A stretch of 64,000 bases of DNA from an uncultured bacterium (GCA_963705705.1 CAVPKK010000005.1:128001-192000), one strand, 5' to 3'; positions 1-10,552 are shown, numbered from the stretch's first letter. Numbers and translations: made by a program. Notes: generated by a model from the letters alone, not told the origin.

Positions 1-225
1 GTTGTCATTGAAGGACACGCTTGCCATTCGGCTGGATCAAAAGCGTATAACCTAATTCTTTCAGAGCACCGTGCGCAAATGGTTGCAAAACGACTCGAAG
101 AAGAAGGGGTGCCAGCTGAGAATATGAAGGTGGTCGGTCGTGGTACCGAAATGCCGGTTGTACTCGGCGGCTCACGTGAAGAGCAATGGCCAAACCGACG
201 CGTAGAAGTTTTCCCTCTATCCTAA
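1..225 (+). CDS. OmpA/Pal-family peptidoglycan-binding protein, C-terminal fragment (5' end outside window)
   Basis: Frame 1 reads VVIEGHACHSAGSKAYNLILSEHRAQMV...GRGTEMPV...NRRVEV-stop, the OmpA-like domain motifs (EGH, YNxxLSxxRA, NRRVE). Not in the ORF track. Confidence 0.85.
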   Translation, partial: VVIEGHACHSAGSKAYNLILSEHRAQMVAKRLEEEGVPAENMKVVGRGTEMPVVLGGSREEQWPNRRVEVFPLS

Positions 226-244
226 GGTAGGGCATAAAAAATCA

Positions 245-274
245 AGGGACTCTGATCATTCAGGGTCCCTTTTT
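245..274 (+). terminator. Rho-independent terminator
   Basis: AGGGACTCTGA-TCAT-TCAGGGTCCCT hairpin followed by a T run. Confidence 0.7.
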
Positions 275-289
275 TAATGTGAAATATTT

Positions 290-886
290 ATGATTACAAA
301 GCTAACTGGCAAAGTTATCGAACTTCAAGACCAATCACTAACACTTGTGGTTAGCGGTTTTGGCTTCGCCGTTGTCGTTCCCCAAGTCACCATGTTTGCA
401 CCGGGAACTGATGCAGATTTACATATATATATGCATTGGTCAGCCGAGCAAGGCCCAAGCTTGTATGGCTTTAAATCTGCTGCTGAAAAAAAGTTATTTT
501 TGACATTGATTGATTGCCAAGGCATTGGCCCGAAGGTTGCCATGGCATTATTGGGCAAGTTGGGCGCGCAAGCCATTGTGGAGGCGGCATCACAGAATAA
601 TCTTAAGCAGCTGAGCAGTGTATCGGGCGTTGGGCCTAAGAAGGCGGAACAATTGCTCTTATTTCTTCGTGATAAAGTCACTGGATTGCTTGAGGATGGC
701 CTGGAATTCGGGGGTAGTAGCCTTACTAATTGGCATGAGGTTTCAGCCGTGCTGACCAAGCTTAATTATTCACGAACTGAAATTGCTCAGGCGATGCAGC
801 ATCTCACTGCCCAGTTTGCTGGCAAGCCGGTCGGAGTCGATGAGCTTTTACGTTATGCCTTAGGCTATATGACCCAAGGGCGCTGA
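290..886 (+). CDS. ruvA: Holliday junction branch migration protein RuvA
   Basis: MITKLTGKV start, LYGF motif, two HhH motifs (GIGPK, GVGPKKA), C-terminal LNYS..EI domain. Confidence 0.95.
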   Translation: MITKLTGKVIELQDQSLTLVVSGFGFAVVVPQVTMFAPGTDADLHIYMHWSAEQGPSLYGFKSAAEKKLFLTLIDCQGIGPKVAMALLGKLGAQAIVEAASQNNLKQLSSVSGVGPKKAEQLLLFLRDKVTGLLEDGLEFGGSSLTNWHEVSAVLTKLNYSRTEIAQAMQHLTAQFAGKPVGVDELLRYALGYMTQGR

Positions 887-893
887 TGCGCAT

Positions 894-921
894 TTGACAG
901 CGAATCCCATTTTGTTACTAT
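894..921 (+). promoter_or_regulatory. Putative sigma70 promoter upstream of tRNA-Gly
   Basis: TTGACA (894-899), 16-nt spacer, TGnTACTAT extended -10 (916-921). Confidence 0.55.
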
Positions 922-1035
922 TCGGTTCACAGAAATGAAATGCATTATGGCTTGAGTTTTGGGTGTAAAAGGTCCAGACTTAGCTATGTATGGACGACGA
1001 ATAGTCGTTAATTTGATTCACATCTATGAAACGAT

Positions 1036-1111
1036 GCGGGAATAGCTCAATTGGTAGAGCGTTGCCTTGCCAAGGCAAAGGTCGCGGGTTCAAGTCCCGT
1101 TTCCCGCTCCA
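1036..1111 (+). tRNA. tRNA-Gly(GCC)
   Basis: GCGGGAA acceptor stem, TTGCC-TTGCCAA-GGCAA anticodon arm, GGTTCAAGTCC T arm, encoded CCA. Confidence 0.97.
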
Positions 1112-1207
1112 TTTTTAGTCCGTGGTCACAGGGCAGATCACTGATATTCTTGTTTTACCTATTTATTTACGTGATTTAGCATGCGCCCTATGAGGTATTA
1201 GTAACCA

Positions 1208-1615
1208 ATGAGATCTGTAATTCAAGAAGCGGCAACGATTGCTCAAGCAGTTGAGCTTGGCTGGATTAAAGCCGGGAAACCAAAAGATTTCGCCGTTAAG
1301 GTTTTTGAAGAGCCGCAAACAAAATTCTTTGGCTTTGTAACGGTTAAAAAAGCAAAAATTGGTATTTTCATTGAAGACCGCCCACAGCAACAGCGTGGTG
1401 GCGATCAGCGACAACGTAAACACATCCCACATCGCCGGCGTCCTCAGATGGGTGGCGGTGGCCAGCATAACGTTCGCCAAATCCCGAATGCTAATACAGG
1501 ACCAACACATCCTGAAACTCAGCGAAAACCTGGCGAGAAACAACATCCTCATCAACCACACGAGGATCATGATCATCACGATGGGCATGATCACGACCAT
1601 GATGAAAACGAATAA
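1208..1615 (+). CDS. Jag/KhpB N-terminal domain protein with His/Asp-rich tail (no KH/R3H)
   Basis: TIAQAVELG...VKVFEEP..KFFGF...AKI resembles Jag_N; position upstream of mnmE matches the usual jag-mnmE synteny. Confidence 0.7.
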   Translation: MRSVIQEAATIAQAVELGWIKAGKPKDFAVKVFEEPQTKFFGFVTVKKAKIGIFIEDRPQQQRGGDQRQRKHIPHRRRPQMGGGGQHNVRQIPNANTGPTHPETQRKPGEKQHPHQPHEDHDHHDGHDHDHDENE

Positions 1616-1636
1616 GATTAATCGGGAGGTTTACTT

Positions 1637-3073
1637 ATTTTCACTCATCAGGACGAATCAACTATTATTGCGCAATGCACCCCAAGCGGGCATGGCGCAA
1701 TTGCACTCATTCGGATAACAGGGCTCGATGCTTTGAGCATTGTTTCCCCGATAGCTAGAGTAAAGGCTGGCAACCTTGTAGATCTGCCGTCACACACTAT
1801 TCACAGCGGCTATGTGATCGACCAAAAACATGAGATTGTTGATCACGTTATGTTTTTGGTTATGCATGCGCCACGTACCTTTACTGGCCAGCATACGGTT
1901 GAGATCACTTGTCACAATAATCAATTTATTATTGAACGCATTATCGAATTGGCTATTGCCTATGGCGCGCGTCATGCGCAAGAGGGTGAATTTACTCGTC
2001 GCGCATTTTTGAACAAAAAAATAGATCTTGTCCAAGCCGAAGCAATTAACGAATTAATTTGTGCGAATAATCAGTTGGCACTGAAAAAATCACTAGCCCA
2101 ACTGCAGGGCAGCTTTTCACATTTTGTAATAGATTTAGAAGAAAAGTTATTGAAGGTGTTGGCATTTTCAGAAGCCAGTTTCGAATTTTTGGATGATGAG
2201 ATTACGTTTGCAGATCAGATCCGTGAACAACTTGATCATATTATCAATGAAGTTGCTGAAGCTAAAAAATCGTACAATCAGCAACAGCAGATTCGTCAAG
2301 GATTTCGCGTTGCCATTATTGGTTCGGTAAATGCCGGCAAATCATCGCTCTTTAATGCTTTGCTGAATCGCAGCCGCGCTATTGTTACGCCTATTCCTGG
2401 TACAACCCGCGATGTTCTTGAGGCTGGCATGTATGTTGGCGGCAATTATTGGACGCTTGTCGATACTGCTGGTTTGCGTCGCACGCACGATATTATTGAA
2501 CAAGAAGGTATTAAACGAGCACATGATGAAGCGCATAGCGCTGATGTTATTTTGCTGACGTTTGATAGTTCGCAAACAATGAGTATTGAGGAAACCAACG
2601 TTTACCAAGAGCTGCTTGAGAACTATCGCAACAAAATTATTGCTGTCGCAAATAAAGCAGATCTTGATTCAATTCCTACTGAGATGGACCTAACCCCGCT
2701 CATCCTGAGTTTATCGAAGGATCAAAGCGGAAATACGGATTTTGCTAAAAATTTTAATAATAATATTTGTTCCGTTTCATCAGTCACGCGCGCAGGCATA
2801 GACCAACTACAACATGCAATCGAACAGAAAATTGCTCAAATCTTGGCAGCCGCCGATTCACCATTCATGTTAAATAAGCGCCAATATCATTTGCTGTCTG
2901 AGGTAGAAAAACGTTTGCAGCATATTCGTTCTATGATTGTCGGCGATATTGCATACGAATTACTATCTTACGAACTCAAGGAAGCACTTTCTATGCTCAG
3001 CGAATTGACCGGCAAATCGGTTAGTGAGCAGGCGATGGATCAAGTGTTTAGATCGTTCTGCGTCGGAAAATAA
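1637..3073 (+). CDS. mnmE: tRNA modification GTPase MnmE/TrmE (probable ATT start; in-frame repeat insertion)
   Basis: TIIAQCTPSGHGAIALIRITG N-terminus lies upstream of the track's TTG at 1733; GSVNAGKSS, GTTRD, DTAG, NKAD, C-terminal FCVGK. Confidence 0.95.
   Translation: MFTHQDESTIIAQCTPSGHGAIALIRITGLDALSIVSPIARVKAGNLVDLPSHTIHSGYVIDQKHEIVDHVMFLVMHAPRTFTGQHTVEITCHNNQFIIERIIELAIAYGARHAQEGEFTRRAFLNKKIDLVQAEAINELICANNQLALKKSLAQLQGSFSHFVIDLEEKLLKVLAFSEASFEFLDDEITFADQIREQLDHIINEVAEAKKSYNQQQQIRQGFRVAIIGSVNAGKSSLFNALLNRSRAIVTPIPGTTRDVLEAGMYVGGNYWTLVDTAGLRRTHDIIEQEGIKRAHDEAHSADVILLTFDSSQTMSIEETNVYQELLENYRNKIIAVANKADLDSIPTEMDLTPLILSLSKDQSGNTDFAKNFNNNICSVSSVTRAGIDQLQHAIEQKIAQILAAADSPFMLNKRQYHLLSEVEKRLQHIRSMIVGDIAYELLSYELKEALSMLSELTGKSVSEQAMDQVFRSFCVGK
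2696..2730 (+). repeat. Palindromic repeat copy, in frame in mnmE (PLILSLSKDQSG)
   Basis: CCGCTCATCCTGAGTTTATCGAAGGATCAAAGCGG. Confidence 0.9.
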
Positions 3074-4276
3074 TCAGATTGCTGCGTGAGTTTGTACGGT
3101 TAGCGGCTTCAATATTTCTTGCTCAGACAATCGTTCTTTATTGCCTACACTATGATGAGCATGCGCTGCAAATCCAAGTTCAACAAGCATATCAACAAAA
3201 TCCATCGGTCTAATACCGACCTCTGCAGCTTGGTGAAATAACACGGTTGCAGGCGTCATACCTGGCAGGGTATTAAATTCCAAAATAACAACCCGTTCAG
3301 AACCGGTAGGGCTTTGTTCAGCCGACTGATAAAAACAATCGATACGCGCATAACCATGGCAGCCCACAGTGCGGTAAGCATCTGCAATAATCGTTTGTAC
3401 CAAGGCCAAGGCATCAGCTGGCAACGGAGCCGGCGTTTGATTTTCGCCAGCACCCGGTAAAAATTTTTCTTCAATTGATAGAATGCCCGCTGCAGCGACT
3501 GCCTGACTTGGTGGAAGCGCAATAGGCTGATCATTGCCAATAACGCCAACAGTTAATTCCATGCCGGTTACAAATTCTTCGACAAAGGCATGTGCTTTGC
3601 CGGCGGCAAATATTGCATCTATTGCTTTGATGAGTTGTTCATCATTCGTTGCTTTGGAGACCATGACGCTGCAACCATCATCGTGTGGTTTAATGACCAG
3701 GGGGTATGAAGAGGCCATTTTCGCGCTACGATCCTTCGATAAACTCAGGATGAGCGCGTCATTGTCCACTGTGTTAAAAAAGGTATGGGTATTTTGAACA
3801 ACGTGCTCTTTACCCACTAGCCACTCATCGCGTGAGACAAGCACATGTTTTGGAACATCGAACCCTTGTGAGCGCAAGAAGCAATTTGCCTTATATTTAT
3901 CCATGCATAATGCACTGGCGAATACCGATGAGCCATTGTATGGCAAGCCCAGCATTTCGAGTGCGCCTTGTATTGAGCCATTTTCGCCAATGCCGCCGTG
4001 TAGGGCAATGAATACAAAGTCAGCGATCGAGGGTAGATCTGAGAGATTAATGCGCATGGCATCAGTGAGATGATCTGTGATTTCTTTGGTGGAATTATGA
4101 ACCAAAATTCGCTCATTGATTCGGTAGAATTTCCGTTCGCCAGACACGAATACTGGTATCACATTGTATTTTGAGGGCGACAATTTATAAACGATGTTGC
4201 GCCCAGATTCGAGAGAGATTTCTCGTTCGTTAGAGTCGCCACCCAGAAGTACTGCAATATTAATTATATGCTGCAT
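3074..4276 (-). CDS. ddl: D-alanine--D-alanine ligase-like ATP-grasp protein (downstream copy)
   Basis: IAVLLGGDSNEREISLESG, LHGGIGENG, MDK, KP.DDGCS, EFNTLPGMT; likely ATG at 4276 preceded by GGAG. Confidence 0.85.
   Translation of the reverse strand: MQHIINIAVLLGGDSNEREISLESGRNIVYKLSPSKYNVIPVFVSGERKFYRINERILVHNSTKEITDHLTDAMRINLSDLPSIADFVFIALHGGIGENGSIQGALEMLGLPYNGSSVFASALCMDKYKANCFLRSQGFDVPKHVLVSRDEWLVGKEHVVQNTHTFFNTVDNDALILSLSKDRSAKMASSYPLVIKPHDDGCSVMVSKATNDEQLIKAIDAIFAAGKAHAFVEEFVTGMELTVGVIGNDQPIALPPSQAVAAAGILSIEEKFLPGAGENQTPAPLPADALALVQTIIADAYRTVGCHGYARIDCFYQSAEQSPTGSERVVILEFNTLPGMTPATVLFHQAAEVGIRPMDFVDMLVELGFAAHAHHSVGNKERLSEQEILKPLTVQTHAAI
3722..3758 (-). repeat. Palindromic repeat copy, in frame in ddl-2 (ALILSLSKDRSA)
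   Basis: Reverse complement reads CGCGCTCATCCTGAGTTTATCGAAGGATCGTAGCGCG. Confidence 0.9.
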
Positions 4277-5531
4277 TCGCCAACTCCGTATCAATTAAAT
4301 GGTTAATTACTTTTGCATGAGACATGCCAGCTTCTGCTGCTTGTCTGAAAATAAAACTTGCCGGGCCCATACCGGTGAGGGTATTTGGATCAATGATAAC
4401 CACTCGTTTATCTGGTGTTAAAAAGCCATCGATGCGGGCCATATTGCTAAACTCAAGTAATTTCATGACACGCAAACAAACATCTTGAATGAGCTTAGTA
4501 TCTTCTACGCTACATCGAGCCGGCGTATATTTCATGGCTCGGCCGGGCATATATTTTTGCTCGTAGGTATAGAATTCCGATCCCGCTTCGCAAACCACTT
4601 CGGTTGGCGGTAATAATAACGGTGTGCCATCCTGGTTGGTCAAAATAATGCAGGTGAATTCCATGCCTTCAACTTTTTCTTCGATAAGCACACTTTGTTG
4701 CATACCAGCATTTATATTGCACGCTGTGATCAAAGCCGGTAATAGATCTTCTTCCTTTTTCACCACACTCATGCCTAGGCTTGAACCTTCCTTATGTGGC
4801 TTGATTATTAGGGGGAATATTGGCGGTTTTTCATTCGAGTCATTTTCGCGCTTTGATCCTTTTGCCCCAAACTCACCCTGGAAGGGAACCCGAGTTTCGG
4901 GGACCCCAAATTCGATAAACTCAGGATGAGCGCGGCGTGTGTCTTCTGTAATTTTGGTGTTTTCGTAGAGAGATCCGCTCGTCCTGAGCCTGTCGAAGGA
5001 TACGAGTGGCGCAAACTGCACAAACAAGTTGTGGACTTGCATTGGATTTTTCGTCAGTGCTTGTATCTCATGTGGCGTCAACACAACTCCCCGAGGCACA
5101 TCAATGCCATTTGCACTCAGAATCTGTTTCTGAACCGTTTTATCCATACCAATGGCGCTACCCAACAATTTGGCACCTAAGTAGGGTAGATTAAGCAGTT
5201 CCAACATTCCTTGTAACGTACCATCTTCGGCATACCGACCATGCATAGCGATATATACAAAATCAATTAAGTTCGGTAGTTCGTCCCACAGAACTGCCTT
5301 TGCGTCAGTTACAAGCCGTTGCTCAAAATCACTAATCTTGCCCCGGGATAAGAAGCGCCAGGGGAGAATATATAGTTTGCCATTACTTTGCTGGAATATA
5401 GGAATAATTTCGTATTTTGAACTATCAAGATGATCACATATCGTCCGGCCTGAGTTGAACGAGACTTCTCGTTCGATTGACTTGCCGCCCATCAGAACGC
5501 CGACTCGGAGGTGTGTTGTAGTTTTATGCAT
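4260..5531 (-). CDS. ddl: D-alanine--D-alanine ligase-like ATP-grasp protein (upstream copy)
   Basis: VGVLMGGKSIEREVSFNSG, MHGRYAEDG, MDK, KPHKEGSSLG, YTYEQKY, DPNTLTGM; ATG at 5531 (MHKTT) preferred over the TTG at 5603. Confidence 0.85.
   Translation of the reverse strand: MHKTTTHLRVGVLMGGKSIEREVSFNSGRTICDHLDSSKYEIIPIFQQSNGKLYILPWRFLSRGKISDFEQRLVTDAKAVLWDELPNLIDFVYIAMHGRYAEDGTLQGMLELLNLPYLGAKLLGSAIGMDKTVQKQILSANGIDVPRGVVLTPHEIQALTKNPMQVHNLFVQFAPLVSFDRLRTSGSLYENTKITEDTRRAHPEFIEFGVPETRVPFQGEFGAKGSKRENDSNEKPPIFPLIIKPHKEGSSLGMSVVKKEEDLLPALITACNINAGMQQSVLIEEKVEGMEFTCIILTNQDGTPLLLPPTEVVCEAGSEFYTYEQKYMPGRAMKYTPARCSVEDTKLIQDVCLRVMKLLEFSNMARIDGFLTPDKRVVIIDPNTLTGMGPASFIFRQAAEAGMSHAKVINHLIDTELANAAYN
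4847..4934 (-). repeat. Composite palindromic repeat (core split by a ~50-bp inner hairpin), in frame in ddl-1
   Basis: Encodes RAHPEFIE-FGVPETRVPFQGEFGA-KGSKR; closely matches 16981-17066. Confidence 0.9.
4975..5009 (+). repeat. Palindromic repeat copy read antisense, in frame in ddl-1 (PLVSFDRLRTSG)
   Basis: CCGCTCGTCCTGAGCCTGTCGAAGGATACGAGTGG. Confidence 0.88.
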
Positions 5532-5620
5532 ATGCGTGCCGCTATTAACGTGATACAATTTTTTAATGATACGAGAAGTATAGACGTTTTTATTACGCGT
5601 CAAAATTTTAAATCAATTCC

Positions 5621-5734
5621 TTCGTCCTGAGTGATTTTCGAAATTTGTTCTTTGCCCCTCGATACATTTTGCTACGCAAAACACTCGGGGTGAGCGGGTC
5701 AGGTTGATGCGAAAATAGTATCGAAGGATGCGAA
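5621..5734. repeat. Nested intergenic repeat: outer copy interrupted by an inverted variant copy
   Basis: Outer TTCGTCCTGAGT...TATCGAAGGATGCGAA; inner 5655-5697 reverse complement CCGCTCACCCCGAGT-GTTTTGCGTAGCAAAAT-GTATCGAGGGG. Confidence 0.8.
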
Positions 5735-5756
5735 CAGGTCATTTTAAAGGATATCG

Positions 5757-6329
5757 ATGGTCAAGAGCACACATAATTTAGTTTGGATCGATTGTGAGAT
5801 GACAGGACTCAATTTCGATACCGATACCATACTCGAAATCGCGGTTGTTATTACCGATGGTCATCTCAATGTTATTGCCGAGGGGCCATCATTGGTAATT
5901 CACCAACCGGATGCCGTGCTTGAAAAGATGGGTGACTGGTGCCAAAAGCAGCACCGCAAATCCCATTTGTATGAAGACGTTCAGCAGTCGACGGTCACTA
6001 TGGCACAGGCGGAGCAACAGGTTTTAGAGTTTATTGAACACTATGTGCCACCCAGAACATCGCCTATGTGCGGCAGTTCGGTTTGGAATGATCGTATTTT
6101 TATTATGAAGCATATGCCGCGAGTGACTGATTATTTACATTATCGCTGCTTGGATATAGCTGCGATTAAGGAATTAGTTTTGCGCTGGTATGGCTTTTCA
6201 TTGAGTGCTCAAACTACAACTGGCAAACAAGAACTCCACCGGGCATTGCCGGATATTTATGACTCAATAAAAGAGCTGCAATTGTATAAGGACCGGTTCT
6301 TCGTGCCGACGACGACAGTCGAGGAGTAA
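5757..6329 (+). CDS. orn: Oligoribonuclease
   Basis: LVWIDCEMTGL, ILEIAVVITD, HYRCLD, HRALPDIYDSIKEL (DEDDh). Confidence 0.95.
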   Translation: MVKSTHNLVWIDCEMTGLNFDTDTILEIAVVITDGHLNVIAEGPSLVIHQPDAVLEKMGDWCQKQHRKSHLYEDVQQSTVTMAQAEQQVLEFIEHYVPPRTSPMCGSSVWNDRIFIMKHMPRVTDYLHYRCLDIAAIKELVLRWYGFSLSAQTTTGKQELHRALPDIYDSIKELQLYKDRFFVPTTTVEE

Positions 6330-6854
6330 TTATCGCAGCCGCTGAATCTGTACCTTCGCATCCTCACCCAATGGCGCCCCCAGTTTTGCATAGGCGCTGA
6401 GTACAAGATACCGGAATCGGTCTTTCAGCGTAGTGGTTATTTTTTGTTGCACGATAGCCCGATTCGGGTCATTGGTTTTTTCTAAAACGAGTAAGGCAAA
6501 ATAGTGCGGGGCAGGAAAGCTATTGAGCTGTTGCCGGTCAGAAAATTTATATTTCCGCTTATTGTAGCTAACCACTAGGTAATCAAGTCGAATATCAGGT
6601 TTAAGCAGTTCAAAGCAGCCGCGGGCGCTCATGGGTATATAGGTCGTTTGAGTTCGTTCGCCTTTGCCCCGAACAGTAACCTCGACCTCTTGGTCGGTTT
6701 TGTTTAGTACAATAATCGGACTTAATTGGTCACAATTTGGAGCTTGCACAGTTAAGGCTCGATTGATGAAATAACCGGCGAAGGCCAAAACGCCAATTGC
6801 CGCGGTAATGAAGAGGATTACGAATATGCCACGTAATATATTTTTATGCTCCAT
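6330..6854 (-). CDS. Hypothetical membrane-anchored protein
   Basis: N-terminal hydrophobic helix, GGAGA upstream; family not recognised. Confidence 0.7.
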   Translation of the reverse strand: MEHKNILRGIFVILFITAAIGVLAFAGYFINRALTVQAPNCDQLSPIIVLNKTDQEVEVTVRGKGERTQTTYIPMSARGCFELLKPDIRLDYLVVSYNKRKYKFSDRQQLNSFPAPHYFALLVLEKTNDPNRAIVQQKITTTLKDRFRYLVLSAYAKLGAPLGEDAKVQIQRLR

Positions 6855-6917
6855 AGAACTTTCTCCAAATTTTAATTAACATTCTTGACCCGGTCGTTCT
6901 GTTGGCTTATTCGCCTT

Positions 6918-6950
6918 CGCGCTCTGATCCTTATAAACTCAGGATGTGCG
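6918..6950 (-). repeat. Degenerate intergenic repeat copy
   Basis: CGCGCTCTGATCCTT-ATAAACTCAGGATGTGCG (lacks the CG of TTCGATA). Confidence 0.8.
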
Positions 6951-6964
6951 TTCGTGCTAATTAG

Positions 6965-8476
<1,512 letters not shown>

Positions 8477-8560
8477 CGTATTCATAAGATTGTAATTAGT
8501 TTTAGGAATTGCTATATCTCAATAGGATACCATTTCACCCATCTAATTAAGGAGATCGTA

Positions 8561-10423
8561 ATGAATGTACACGTCCAACAGTCACTTTTACCTAAAATAA
8601 AAGCCATTAGTTTAGGAATTTTTGCTGCCGTATCACTATCAGCAGTAACTCCATGTTGCCCCCCAACAGCTTGTCCAAGGGTCGACATCGAACTATGCCC
8701 TGCTTCATTTTGCATAAAAGAAGAAGTTGTTCGTGCAGCGGCCGGCCTCGGTTGCGGTCGCATCATTACTCAATGCGATTTGCCGTTAGTGATTACTTGT
8801 CCGGGTAAATATTCAGTAGCACAAGATTTATATTGGAAACCAACTGGCCCGGGTCAGGCAGCGATTACAGTGGATGCCAATGATGTAATTATCGAGTTCA
8901 ATAATCGCAAACTACAGCAAACTGACCCAACGCAGGGCCAGTGTATCGGTGTTCTGATAAACCCAAATCTTACCAATATTCGTTTGCTAAACGGTACTAT
9001 CGAGAATGTTTCCATGTGGGGAATTGAGGCTTTGAGCGGCGATCATGAATTATTATTCGATAGCATGAATACATTTTCATGCGGCTATAATGGTAATGAT
9101 CCGAGCGTGCAAAGTTCAGGTGGAATGACATTACTTGATCCTGCAAGCTTTTTTATCGCCTTTGGTATACCAACAACACTGACACCCAACGTTCTATATG
9201 ATGTGGAAGTAAGAAATTGTAATTTCAACGACAGCTTTTCTAATCTTACAACCGGTGGATACGAAGGAGCCTCAGGATTTCAGGCTTTTGGGGTCCAACA
9301 GCTAGTCATACAAGATAGCAATTTCAATAGCAACATTACTACGGGCGATCTAAGTATTTCGCCAGATGTGCATGGTTTAATTACCATAGCTGTTCAGGGG
9401 TTGCTCATTGAGCGATCTTCTTTTAATGGGAATATTGGTTTTGGAAATGCAAGCAATACACCTATTTTCATATTTGCATGTTCTGAGGTGCAGATTATTG
9501 ATTGTCAGGTTCTTGATAATATACTTTCGGCCCGAAATTCTTTGATGTCAGGTATCGCAATTTTTGCAAATGATATTGTTTTAAAAAATTGCCTAGTTCA
9601 AAATGCCAGCATTAATGCTCCGGGAGGTGAAGCCGTTGGAATAGAGCTATTTAATTGCAATAATGCTGTAGTTGAAGGTTGCGTAGTTCAAAATATTTCC
9701 AATATCAATAATGGAAACGATACATATGGATTTGATGTATTCGGTAGCAATATTTTGTTTAAAGATTGTATAGCACAAAATCTTACGCACTCAGGAGTAA
9801 ACAGCGTTGTCGCTGGTTTTGAAGCTGAAAGTGCATTCGGCATTCCAGCAAAACAAATTATATTTAGTAATTGTCAGGCTCAGAGCATTTCTAATCTTTC
9901 AACCTTTACTACCAATTTTGTGAGCTACGCAGCAGGTTTTCAAACGAGATTGTTTTCACGCAGTGCTCCTGTGAATAGCAATATAATTTTTGATTCTTGT
10001 ATTGCCCAAAATGTTATATTTCCAGCATTTCCTGAGCTGGGGATTGGTTTTGAAGCGAATACCACAACTAATTTAGAAATAGTCAATTGCACAAGCATTG
10101 GCAATGGCGTGGGGTATTCTCTTGATGTTGGCGTTACAGGCACTCCTGTAACAGTCAGTAGTGTCGCAAATAATAAAGCACTAAATAATACTGTTTATGG
10201 ATTTAATGATCAGTCTACCATCGGAAATAATGTCTTATATGGCAACTATGCATATAACCCGGGCTCTACCGGTGGAAACTATAATGGTAATGATGCCGGT
10301 GAATTTGGTCTACATTTAGGCACACCAATTAGAACATGGTCGTTTATTGCCGGTCAACAACCGGATGCAACGACCGATGCTGGCAATCCAGTGTCTAATC
10401 TAGATAACATCAACGTCGTTTAA
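8561..10423 (+). CDS. Secreted Cys-rich right-handed beta-helix protein, tandem copy 1
   Basis: Signal-like N-terminus, ITCPGKYSVAQDL cap motif, repeated I.NC.AQN strands, AAGGAG RBS. Confidence 0.75.
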   Translation: MNVHVQQSLLPKIKAISLGIFAAVSLSAVTPCCPPTACPRVDIELCPASFCIKEEVVRAAAGLGCGRIITQCDLPLVITCPGKYSVAQDLYWKPTGPGQAAITVDANDVIIEFNNRKLQQTDPTQGQCIGVLINPNLTNIRLLNGTIENVSMWGIEALSGDHELLFDSMNTFSCGYNGNDPSVQSSGGMTLLDPASFFIAFGIPTTLTPNVLYDVEVRNCNFNDSFSNLTTGGYEGASGFQAFGVQQLVIQDSNFNSNITTGDLSISPDVHGLITIAVQGLLIERSSFNGNIGFGNASNTPIFIFACSEVQIIDCQVLDNILSARNSLMSGIAIFANDIVLKNCLVQNASINAPGGEAVGIELFNCNNAVVEGCVVQNISNINNGNDTYGFDVFGSNILFKDCIAQNLTHSGVNSVVAGFEAESAFGIPAKQIIFSNCQAQSISNLSTFTTNFVSYAAGFQTRLFSRSAPVNSNIIFDSCIAQNVIFPAFPELGIGFEANTTTNLEIVNCTSIGNGVGYSLDVGVTGTPVTVSSVANNKALNNTVYGFNDQSTIGNNVLYGNYAYNPGSTGGNYNGNDAGEFGLHLGTPIRTWSFIAGQQPDATTDAGNPVSNLDNINVV

Positions 10424-10447
10424 AATAATTTCTGTTATTTTTAGAAG

Positions 10448-10484
10448 AGCAGGCCTGGTTTAAACAAACTAGGCCTGCTTTATT
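10448..10484 (+). terminator. Terminator-like hairpin after copy 1
   Basis: AGCAGGCCTGGTT...AACTAGGCCTGCT followed by TTATT; homologous hairpin at 12615-12646. Confidence 0.6.
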
Positions 10485-10513
10485 GAATTTTCTTTTTAAT
10501 CACTCTGGCTAAA

Positions 10514-10552
10514 TCGCGCTCATCCTGAGTTCATCGAAGGGTCAAAGCGCGA
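10514..10552 (+). repeat. Intergenic palindromic repeat copy
   Basis: TCGCGCTCATCCTGAGTTCATCGAAGGGTCAAAGCGCGA. Confidence 0.9.

Noticed and set aside
5..235. Minus-strand 76-aa ORF
   Set aside because: The plus strand encodes a clear OmpA-like C-terminus here.
940..1010. Possible ncRNA in the tRNA-Gly leader
   Set aside because: Only a weak imperfect stem and no recognisable family motif.
1359..1718. 119-aa ORF as a frameshifted 5' part of mnmE
   Set aside because: The MnmE N-terminal motif is already in the main mnmE frame; this ORF shows no similarity.
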